The notes beneath the pieces were generated by a model that was not told the DNA's origin, did no database searches, and saw only the letters and a list, made by a program, of their open reading frames with translations. A stretch of 24,532 nt of DNA from Octopus sinensis (taxonomy: Eukaryota), in contig NW_021836684.1 of assembly GCF_006345805.1 (NCBI RefSeq), positions 1 to 24,532 on the forward strand. The letters are read 5' to 3'. This document shows positions 1-9,298 of the stretch, one piece after another. The stretch's first letter is position 1, and every line of letters begins with the position of its first letter. The translations under genes were made by a program, and so were the position numbers.

Positions 1-51
1 CACAAACACACACCACACACCACATAATATAATATATATATATACATATAT

Positions 52-210
52 ACGACAGGCTTCTTTCAGTTTCCGTCTACCAAATCCACTCACAAGGCAT
101 TGGTCGGCCCGGGGCTATAGCAGAAGACACTTGCCCAAGATGCCACGCAATGGGACTGAACCCGCAACCATGTGGTTGGTTAGCAAGCTACTTACCACAC
201 TCCTGCGCCT
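52..210 (-). mobile_element. CORE-type tRNA-derived SINE (family A), 5' half; its internal microsatellite is 1-51 and its 3' tail runs off the window
   Basis: Reverse complement reads aggcgcaggagtgtggtaagtagcttgct...gggttcagtccc (A/B-box-like) ...ttgggcaagtgtcttct (CORE-like, cf. MIR ccttgggcaag)...gaaagaagcctgtcgt; homologous to 750-893 and 16136-16290. Confidence 0.88.
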
Positions 211-749
211 ATCAGCAAATCTATGTGTGTCAGTGTGTCAGTGTGTGCCTATATCAGTGTGTAGCTAATCTTGTGCTCTACATTTAACAATAAATCATTT
301 AATTATCAATTATTTATATTTGTATTGTAACAACTATATCTAGCCTCGAGTGTTGGTAATATTTCCGATGGTTTGTTGGTGATAGGGTTTCGATTTCTAG
401 TTGAGTTAAATCACTTGACACGTACCATTGGTTAGCTGATTTTTTTCACACCTCCCATTTATACAATTCTTAATAGTATGATGACAAAACGTGATATTGT
501 TTATTTATTCATTTTATTTATTGATTAGTTGGAATACGAAACTATCAATATATATTTATATCAATACACTTGTATGTGCATATATAAAATATTCTTTGAT
601 ATATTTATATAGCAAGCTAGCTAAATGGATAGATAACCAGACGGGGATATGTGTGTATTTATTTGTGCATCTGTTTGTCTATATATTTAAATAAGTATAT
701 ATATATTTATATATGCTTGCTTGTACGTGACTGTTTGGTAAGAAGCCAT

Positions 750-917
750 AGGTGGAGTCTGGCTGTGTCGCAAGAAGCTTGCTTCCCAACCACATGGTTC
801 CGTGTTCAGTTCCACTGCGTCGCACCTTGGTCAAGTGTTTTCTATAGCCTTGTGAGTAGATTTGGTAGACTGTAACTGAAAGAAGCCTGTCGTTATATAT
901 ATAATATATATATATAA

Positions 918-961
<44 letters not shown>

Positions 962-1203
962 TATATATAATAAATATTAGGGAATAAATCCAAATTTACA
1001 GGGAAAAAAATCAGATTTATGATTAAATCGATTTTATAGTAAATATTATAAAATATTATTCGAGACAAAACCACTATTTTGCAAAAACAAACAAGGAAAG
1101 ACTTAATTAATACATAAAATTTTAATAAAATTTTATGTTTAATTAAGTCTTTCCTTGTTTGTTTTGCAAAATAGTGGTTTTGTCTCGAATAATATTTTAT
1201 ATA

Positions 1204-1234
<31 letters not shown>

Positions 1235-1249
1235 GTGTGTGTGGTGTGT

Positions 1250-1289
<40 letters not shown>

Positions 1290-1497
1290 TGTGTGTGTAT
1301 CTGTGGTTGTCCCACACACACCGCTTTATAACCGATGTTCGTGTGTTTACGTCCACGTAACATAGCGGTCCGGCAAAAGATACCGATAGAATAAGTACTA
1401 GGTTTACAATAAGTCCTGGGGTTTAATTTTTCGACTAAAGGTGGTGCTCCAGCATGGTCGCCGGCAAATGACTGAAACAAGTAAACGAATAAATGAA
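750..1497 (+). mobile_element. CORE-type SINE (family A): head 750-893, expanded internal microsatellite plus insert 894-1300, tail ~1300-1497
   Basis: Head ggctgtgtcgcaagaagcttgcttcccaaccacatggttccgtgttcagttcc...ccttggtcaagtg; tail accgatg...cgtaacatagcggtccggcaaaagataccgatagaataagtact...ggtgctccagcatgg...gactgaaacaagtaaa aligns with 16365-16537. Confidence 0.85.
1047..1201. repeat. Near-perfect AT-rich palindrome (77/75-nt arms, 3-nt loop)
   Basis: tataaaatattattcgagacaaaaccact...acataaaatttt (1047-1123) is the reverse complement of 1127-1201 apart from two 1-nt indels; loop aat. Confidence 0.95.
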
Positions 1498-1559
1498 TGC
1501 ATGTATGCATATATACATATATACATACTTTCATAGTTGCCAATGGTATTTCCCGTTGA

Positions 1560-1790
1560 GGCGGCGAGCTGGCAGAATCGTTAGCACACCGGGCGAAATG
1601 CTTAGCGGTATTTCGTCTGCCGCTACGTTCTGAGTTCAAATTCCGCTGAGGTCGACTTTGCCTTTCATCCTTTCGGGGTCGATTAGATAAGTACCAGTTA
1701 TGCACTGGGGTCAATATAATCGACTTAATCCTTTTGTCTGTCCTTGTTTGTCCCTTCTGTGTTCAACCCCTTGTGGGTAGTAAAGAAATA
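1560..1790 (+). mobile_element. Full-length tRNA-derived SINE (family B, MetaSINE-like central domain) with 17-bp TSD
   Basis: Head ggcggcgagctggcagaatcg...gagttcaaattcc; central gaggtcgactttgcctttcatcctttcggggtcgatt..ataagtacc; TSD ggtatttcccgttgagg at 1545-1561 and 1791-1807; about 93% identical (hand count) to 12589-12818. Confidence 0.92.
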
Positions 1791-2371
1791 GGTATTTCCC
1801 GTTGAGGAAGACCTGAGCCAGAAACGCGCGCCTGAGAATCCGCTGCAGGAAAGCACTGAGCTGATGTGATGTTTTTACAACTTTTCCAATAAGAGATATC
1901 TTTTCTCCTCGGTAACTGCAATGATTTCGCCTTTAGATGTTAAAATATGTCACAAACATATTTCTGACTAACCTAAGGTTCATACACAAATATATACATA
2001 CATACGTACATACATATATATACATACATACGCTCACACATGTGTTTGTAACTTATGATTCAATCATTGATTAGTTTATTGATTTATTTGGTAGATCGAT
2101 TATTCCATAAGATAATGGAAATTGATTACAATCATAACGATCATCAAAAGTGAACCAATTTGAGCAAACACGGCTTCTTTCTACATAGCGTATCAACGTC
2201 CTAGATTCTTGAACTACATACGCCTATATCTTTCTTAGGTTTGGCTTAAGGGAGATTAGGCTTCTGTTTCTAGCAAGACCGGCGATCGCATAAATGATGT
2301 GTCGTTGATTCATATGAATAAGTGTATAGAGCTCAGAAACATTATTAATTCTATATCTCTAGAAGAGAGAT

Positions 2372-2832
2372 ATCACCATCCGTGAGGTGTCAGAGGATGT
2401 ACAGATTAGTTGCAGTTCACCTCAGTCCATTATCACTGAAGATGTGAGTATGAGATGCGCCTCTGTCAAGTTTGTACCAAAACTGCTTTGAGCTGATCAA
2501 AAAGACACTCCGGTTTCAGTTGAACACGATCTCCTTGATTGTGTCGAGAACGATGGAAACTTTTTGAAAACTTTGCGTAGGCCTCTGAGCAGGTATCACC
2601 AAACTTTTGGAAAAAATTGATGCTGAATCTCTGCTCAGTTTACTCTCTCATTGTCAATGCGACGATCACATGCTACACACATTCCTTCCAAGCACTGCTG
2701 TAAACCGTGAAATTGAGCTAGATCATTAAATCTTATGCACATATACAACAGAGTCCAATGTCAATCTTTGCCAAGCGGCTTTAGTTTCGTTACTAATGCA
2801 ACAGTCCGGATACGTATTCATGAGACCACGTA
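2372..2832 (+). mobile_element. Mariner (Tc1/mariner) transposon relic: internal transposase fragment, large deletion, then right TIR
   Basis: Frame +2 from 2372: ITIREVSEDVQISCSSPQSIITEDVSMRCASVKFVPKLL*ADQKDTPVSVEHDLLDCVENDGNFLKTL (HTH end and WVPxxL-type linker); ccggatacgtattcatgagaccacgta (2806-2832) followed by TA matches the left TIR at 4733 in 19 of 27 positions when reverse-complemented. Confidence 0.88.
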
Positions 2833-2833
2833 T

Positions 2834-2897
<64 letters not shown>

Positions 2898-2904
2898 TGT
2901 TGCA

Positions 2905-2955
<51 letters not shown>

Positions 2956-2972
2956 GAGAGAGATAGAGAGAT
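2833..2972. repeat. Compound (GATA)n/(GA)n microsatellite
   Basis: Direct reading. Confidence 0.97.
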
Positions 2973-3099
2973 AATAAACGTAACAATGAAATGAAAGGCT
3001 GCATCTTTTGTTACAATCATCAACAGCAGCAACACCACCAGCAGCAGTAGTACTACCAAATTAGCGGGATACTATGCCACAAGAACTACGAATACAACA

Positions 3100-3142
3100 G
3101 AGCTGCTGCAGCTCCTCCTCCTCCTCCTCCTCCTCCTACTAC

Positions 3143-3174
<32 letters not shown>

Positions 3175-3261
3175 TACCATTACTATTACTACTACTACTG
3201 CTGCTGTTGCTGCTGCTGTTGCTGCTGCTGTGCTGCTGTTGTTGCTGCTGTTGTTGTTGTT
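3100..3261. repeat. Compound trinucleotide microsatellite (CCT)n(ACT)n(GCT)n(GTT)n
   Basis: Direct reading. Confidence 0.97.
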
Positions 3262-3479
3262 AAGCAACAAGACGGGTAAGGGTGATTAGGTGATGGTCTA
3301 GGGCTTAGGGGCGGGAGATTCAAGACCTTGGAAAAAAGACTTTGGTCGCCTTGTTGTAGTTAAGGGCCCTTCGTTGACGCCCGACACCACTGGGAGGTTG
3401 CCCTCGAAGTCGCTGGAAATGGAGAATCCAAGTCCAAATTCTTAAACGGCTGCTGCTGCTGCTACTACTATATCGGCAA

Positions 3480-3579
3480 GGAATAGAGAGAAAGAAAATA
3501 GGGAAGCGAATAGAATAGATGAAAGAAAGAAAAAAAGAAAGAAAACCGTTAAGAGAATAGAAAGAAAGACAGAAAGAAA

Positions 3580-3616
<37 letters not shown>

Positions 3617-3830
3617 TTGTAATAAAACAAGAACAAGAGAAAATAAAGGGAGAAAAAACGGAAAAGAAGTAAACCAAGCAATGAAGCAACAAATTAAGAT
3701 GAAGTTAATTACGGAGCGAAAGGTGAGAAATGAATAAAATAATAAGGAAAATAAAGGTGAGAGTAAGAGAAAGAGAAAAAGAGAGAAGGAAAGAAAGAGG
3801 CTGATAATGGGAGAGGGAATGTGAGATATC
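3480..3830. repeat. Purine-rich low-complexity tract including (GAAA)n
   Basis: Direct reading. Confidence 0.9.
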
Positions 3831-3889
3831 TACTACATTCTCTCTCCCTCTCCCTCTCCCTGCCTTTCTTGGTCACTCTCTTTCTCTTT

Positions 3890-4024
3890 ATAATATATAT
3901 ATATATATATATATATGATATATATTTATATATATATAGACCACATATATATATATATACACAATATATATATATATACACATATATATATATTATACCT
4001 ATATATATGTATATGTATATTTTG

Positions 4025-4057
<33 letters not shown>

Positions 4058-4117
4058 TTATATATGTATATGTATATTTTGTATATATACATACATATAT
4101 ATTTATACATACATATG

Positions 4118-4171
<54 letters not shown>

Positions 4172-4200
4172 GTGTGTGTGTGCGTATGTATGTGCGTATG
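3890..4200. repeat. (TA)n/(TG)n microsatellite
   Basis: Direct reading. Confidence 0.97.
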
Positions 4201-4234
4201 CATATGCCGAGATAAACATTGCCAAACCCCGTTT

Positions 4235-4700
4235 CTTCACCACCATCACCACCAACAAAATTCTTAACAAGCACAGAGGTGTGTATAATCTCAGCGACAA
4301 GTTATTAATAACACTTCAACATGTGACTTGGTTACAGACATACTGTCACTACTACCAGCATCACCATCGCCATCACACCACAACCAACACAAATCACCAC
4401 CTTAACCACCACCAGAACTTGCACTGTCGCCACCAACACACCACGTTACTAACTTTGTAATGACACATTGTCACTACCAACACCCCCACTACTATAGCCT
4501 TCACAATCATTACACTATTGACTTCTTCAACACAATGTCACAACCAACACCAACGCCAGCTCTGCCATCACCATCAACAACACAATAACACCCACCGCCA
4601 CCATGCTACCAATTTTGTAAAGACATTTGTACATTACTCGCACCACACCAAACTGTCATAAATACGCATTGACAATATTTCCACCATTTTACTGACATAA
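4235..4700. repeat. Decayed (ACC/AAC/CAT)-rich low-complexity repeat
   Basis: Recurrent actgtcact/accacc/aacacc motifs; ttactaactttgtaatgacacattgt (~4446) resembles taccaattttgtaaagacatttgt (~4607). Confidence 0.6.
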
Positions 4701-4732
4701 CAGTTATTTTTTTTCCGCTAGCCATACACATA

Positions 4733-5240
4733 TACGGGGTGCGTTCAAAAAGTATCCGGCTAAAGCGGTGTGGCGAAAATTCGTTGGGTGGGAGATGACG
4801 CCACCTTTCCTGTTCATGCAGGAGAACTTTTGCGCGGGTAAGCCATATCAGTTACCGGCTGTTTACGCCTAGAGTACAGACGTGTGGGCGCGCTGGTCGG
4901 ATTTTCTTTTTCACTGAACATATCGAGTAGAGATATTGCATAGCGTTTTGCCGAAAGCTTGGTGATACTCAAAGCTCAAATTATCCTGAAGTTTCAGCAG
5001 CCTTTTTGCGAAGATGCCATGGGCAAGACTCGGATCAAGGAGCATTAAAACCGCTTCGAACATGGCAGTATCTCAGTGGAGATTGAGGTACGCTCAGGCA
5101 GGCCATCCAAAAGCCTAAACGAGCTGATTGAGAAGGTTCAGTTAACAGTCATGAAAGACCGTTGTGTACCAATCCAGCAAATTGCTTACGACGTGAGAAT
5201 AAGCACAGGATCAGTGCATTCAATTTTAACGGAGGATTTT
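4733..5240 (+). mobile_element. Mariner transposon relic, 5' half (left TIR plus N-terminal HTH region of transposase)
   Basis: TA then tacggggtgcgttcaaaaagtatccg (mariner-type TIR); decayed translation EHIE*RYCIAFCRKLGDTQ/AQIILKFQQPFCEDAMGKTRIKEH*NRFEHGSISVEIEVRSGRPS...VMKDRCVPIQQIAYDVRISTGSVHSILTED matches mariner N-termini (RSGRP motif); one frameshift, two stops. Confidence 0.92.
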
Positions 5241-5649
5241 TTATGCTGATATGAATATCTCCTCGAAAATTAGAGAAAGAGGTTAACTGCGGAAAACTGC
5301 TTTGAAACCCTCAGCTTCTATAACCAGATTATAAATTCACGTTTATTCAAATAATAATTTGCGCTCGTGGTTTTATTAGTAAATCCCTAAAATGACAGTC
5401 TAAAAAGCCGGTATTTTCATAAAAACAAATTAACCAGCAAACACGCATATTACAATTATACGTGGATCAGTGAACATATGCAACACTTCTTTCAAATTCA
5501 GATTCTGATATTGTTTTTGTAATATACATTTTAACGATGGTGCTGCGTGTCTATGTCAGAGACCAGCTCCTTTTTTACAGGAATTTAAAATACAGGAAAC
5601 ACACAAATACATACGTAAAACATACATGAATTGAAAATAAAACATTTAT

Positions 5650-6080
5650 CGAGGTCTCTGTTCAGTTCTGGAGCTCATGGATCTGTGTCTGGAAACTTTT
5701 CCTACGATCTTGTTGAAGAAAACAACATCTCTCTAGAGTCCTGGCATGTGAGTGGGAGTCTCGACTGCCGTGACTCTATTTGAAGTTCTTGATCTGAGAT
5801 TTTGCGTAAGTTTTGCCTTTCTTCATCAGCGACTTCAGATTCTTCTTTCGTTTTTTTCAAATTTTGCCTTATTCCAATTTGCAGCGGAAGCGATCAGCAG
5901 CAATTTCTTTCCCAACTTTCAACGTTTGCGTAAAGAGATTTCAGGCTCTCTCGAAACGAATACTTTGGTTAAGATGGAACTCGTTAGTCCAAGAAGGCAG
6001 TTTATTTCGTGGTTATTTGAGAGCCTTTAGCTGTGGTAGATTATCAAGATATACTGCAGTTGGGTTCTCGAAACTGGCAT
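5650..6080 (-). pseudogene. Unidentified decayed coding-like relic (TE or pseudogene)
   Basis: Microsatellite-free stretch; minus frame PKYSFRESLKSLYANVESWERNCC*SLPLQIGIRQNLKKTKEESEVADEERQNLRKISDQELQIESRQSRLPLTCQDSREMLFSSTRS* (63 open codons at 5702-5893). No family recognised. Confidence 0.3.
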
Positions 6081-6466
6081 AAAACTGGCATAAAACAATT
6101 GCTGTCTCATAAATATCTTTGACGACTCAACAAGGGAATATGTATATTATGTTAAAAGATAAAAATATATTGAGAGACTGCGGATGAATGGTAAAGAAAT
6201 ATAAGTTGAGATTTGAAACCCAAACTCTAGAAATTGAAATTAACAAGACTAATAATACTAGTAAAAAGTAACAAAATTATGATGTGATAACAGGGTAAAA
6301 GTTGAAAAGTCAGAAGTTGCACATTGTAAAAATTGATGTATTGTACTCTGAGTAGTAAGAAAATTAAAAAAACACAATTAATCAAAGCATTCGTTAAAAT
6401 ATTTAAAATAAGGTTATAAAATTTACATAGGTTGCCAAAAAACCCGATGCAGTGACAATTACAGAT

Positions 6467-6617
6467 ATTCTTTTCTACTCTAGGCATAAGGCCCAAAATT
6501 TTGGGGGAGGGGGCCAGTCGATTTGATCGACTCCAGTACGCAACTGGTACTTAATTTATCGACCCCGAAAGGACGAAAGCCAAAATCGACCTCGGTGGAA
6601 TTTGAATTCAGAACGTA
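6467..6617 (-). mobile_element. 5'-truncated SINE (family C: B-type central domain, different 3' tail)
   Basis: Reverse complement tacgttctgaattcaaattccaccgaggtcgattttggctttcgtcctttcggggtcgataaattaagtaccag...gtcgatcaaatcgactggccccctcccccaaaattttgggccttatgcctagagtagaaaagaat. Confidence 0.85.
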
Positions 6618-6812
6618 AATCTTTTAATACTTATTCCATTATTATATGTGCCGACCTATGATTTTAAATCTTAAATCAGAATTGCTCAACTCCGTTAATT
6701 TTTTAATTCTTATATTTTTCAGTTTGGTTTGAATTACGTTAACCATTTCTTTTCCATGTGTTCCGGTTTGAAAATTTATATATTTTTTACAACTTACACG
6801 TTATATTCTTTA

Positions 6813-6814
<2 letters not shown>

Positions 6815-6909
<95 letters not shown>

Positions 6910-6915
6910 CATATC

Positions 6916-6946
<31 letters not shown>

Positions 6947-6970
6947 GTATGCATGCATGTATATATATTA
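6815..6970. repeat. (CA)n/(TA)n microsatellite
   Basis: Direct reading. Confidence 0.97.
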
Positions 6971-7130
6971 TCTCACCTGTTTTCCGTAAATTGTCAACAA
7001 GATTTTTACAACCTCTACAATCTTAACTTATTACTGCTAAAAAATTCTTATGATTATCAGTACTATTTTTAATGTTGACATCATTATTATAATAATTAGC
7101 ATTATTATCATTATTATTATATTTATTAAA

Positions 7131-7335
7131 GTGGTGAGCTGGCAGAATCGTAAAAAGGCTTAGCGGCATTTCGTCCATCTGTACGTTCTGAGTTCAAACT
7201 CTGCTGAGGCTCTCTTTGTCCTTCATTCTTTCGGGTACTGGTAAAAAAGTACCAATTCAGCACCGGGGATAATGTAATCGACTTTATCCCCGGTGCTGAA
7301 TTTCAGGCCCTGTGCCAAAAATTGAAATTATTATT
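7131..7335 (+). mobile_element. Diverged family C SINE containing a perfect 19-bp inverted repeat
   Basis: gtggtgagctggcagaatcg...tacgttctgagttcaaactc...aagtacc...aatcgact...ttcaggccctgtgccaaaaattgaaattatt; homologous to 1560-1790 and 6467-6617. Confidence 0.8.
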
Positions 7336-7339
7336 CACA

Positions 7340-8930
7340 CTGGCTGGATGCGTGTCGTATTGCTCATGAATTTTTCTGTTTATTTCTGTCGCCAAAAGTT
7401 GTTGTTTGATTTTGTTACAAAAATTTGCTACAGCCACCAACATTGCATAGGTCTGGCTTGTTGGCTTGCTTGTGCATCTTTGAGGGCTCAAATTTAAGTT
7501 AAAGATTGCTTTGACAGTGATTTGCTATACACGTCAGAGTCCTCCGACTTCAACCCTCAAATTCACCAAATTCAACGTCCAGTGGACCACACTACCACTA
7601 TATTGACTAACGCAGTCAGCAAGAACCACCGCAGCAACAACGTAGCACGGGAACTTAGTTACAACTATGAAATTGGTCCCACCCCCACCAGTGAAAGTGA
7701 CAATACTACAGACATCAAAATACAGCGACAACGAGAAGACAACGGGCACGGCTACCACCAACACCACCGAAAAACGAAAATTATGACAGAAAGAAGGAGC
7801 AACTACAACAGTAGTTGTGGCGACACAAGTAGCAAGAATATTTCCAGCGTGAATAGCAATAAGAACAATTCCTTCGAAGTAATGACTGCTAAGGCTACTG
7901 AATAAGGATATCCTACAAAAGCGGCCAAACTCATCAAACTCGAAAAATCAAAGGCTGACATAGAAGACTTGAGGTGGCAGAAACAAAAAAAGAAATCAGT
8001 AATATATAAATGTTTCTATAAACACAAAACGGCCGGAGCCTGTGAGTCAGGCCGACGCGGAAGGAATGCTCAAAGAAAAAATGTTCCAAATTCAGCTTAT
8101 ACTGATAGTCAAGCAATTCAGTACTCTTCAAGAGTGAAGCATAAATCGTTATATAGTCTGTGGTTCCTCGGGGGAGGGGAAAATATATTCCTCATCCGTC
8201 ATATTTAGGAAGGAGGACGGTGAGCGTGAAGATCTCAGAAACTCCAGCTGAGGTGAATATGTGGTGGAATTTAACTTGATTCGTCTTGGAAGGAAGTAAC
8301 AGCTTCCTGGAGATGAAATGAACATGTCGTGAAAACTTGCTTGGGAAAAGCGTTGAGGTACTACTCTACAACGAAGCAGACAATGCACAAGCACAAGAAC
8401 CCAAATCTTATTCGCCATCCGGGAGTAGGAGAGCTGCATGTTATGGTTGAGGATAGAAGACTTCGTAGTCATTTCTGTGGGGAGATTGGCCATTTGAGAA
8501 CTTTCAACCCTCAACAGAAGTCAGGGAAACAGAGAACTCTCTTACTGCCAACTCCCGGCCTCCGATAGCCGTAAGAAGAAAAACCTCAGCGTAAAACAAC
8601 AAAAGCGGCACTAATACCATTCAAATGTCAGAAACACTGATAAAGAGGTATATACAGCTGGAAACTTATAAAACATTAGGGAGAGCTTCCCTCTTGATGT
8701 GGGAACCACTAATACAAAATCCACGAGTAGGCATTTAATAAGATTCACAAAGGATTCACAAGGGATTCCAACTAGGCATAGAGGTCGAACCTTCTAATCT
8801 CAGCAATAATCGGTTCCCTAATTACTTAGTGCACTGCAATGACAATAGGATGTTTGTTACATCAACAGCTATATAAGTGATGACATATAGTCTTGTCCAG
8901 GAGTATAAGATTGGAGAGTACACATACACG
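7340..8930 (+). mobile_element. Decayed non-LTR retrotransposon ORF1/gag-like relic (RRM-like region plus degenerate CCHC zinc knuckle); no recognisable ORF2
   Basis: Frameshifted pieces PVSQADAEGMLKEKMFQIQL (~8040), YIPHPSYLGRRTVSVKISETPAEVNMWW (from 8184), LHVMVEDRRLRSHFCGEIGHLRTFNP (ORF 8329-8568; S-x2-C-x4-H-x4-N is a decayed Cx2Cx4Hx4C, agt one change from tgt); preceded by a Thr/Asn/Ser-rich low-complexity ORF (7522-7905). Boundaries approximate. Confidence 0.65.
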
Positions 8931-8934
8931 TAAA

Positions 8935-9039
8935 AGTATGTATATGTATGTGTATATGTATATGTAGAAGTATATGTTTATATATAGGCAGATACATAGA
9001 TGCCTACATACATGCATACATATACATTTACATATATAC

Positions 9040-9093
<54 letters not shown>

Positions 9094-9138
9094 ATATATA
9101 TATATATACATGTAAGTATATACGATATGTGTGTGTAT

Positions 9139-9178
<40 letters not shown>

Positions 9179-9200
9179 TGTACGTGCGTGTGTGTGTGTA
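8935..9200. repeat. (TA)n/(TG)n microsatellite
   Basis: Direct reading. Confidence 0.97.
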
Positions 9201-9298
9201 ATGAACGAATAAAATCCAGAAAAATACAGTAAAAAACCTGTTCTCACGAAGTTGCTATTAGTTCCACGCTTGAAACGATAGAGGAAGAAGAAAAAGGG

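Noticed and set aside
1560-1650. tRNA-like A/B boxes (also 52-210, 12589-12680, 16136-16200)
   Set aside because: They are SINE heads; no cloverleaf or acceptor stem, so not tRNA genes.
6071-6096. Short tandem duplications (aaaactggcat x2; ggattcaca(a) x3 at ~8742-8772) and a 7-bp hairpin cagacgt/acgtctg at ~10254-10273
   Set aside because: Within the range expected from slippage or chance; no supporting context.
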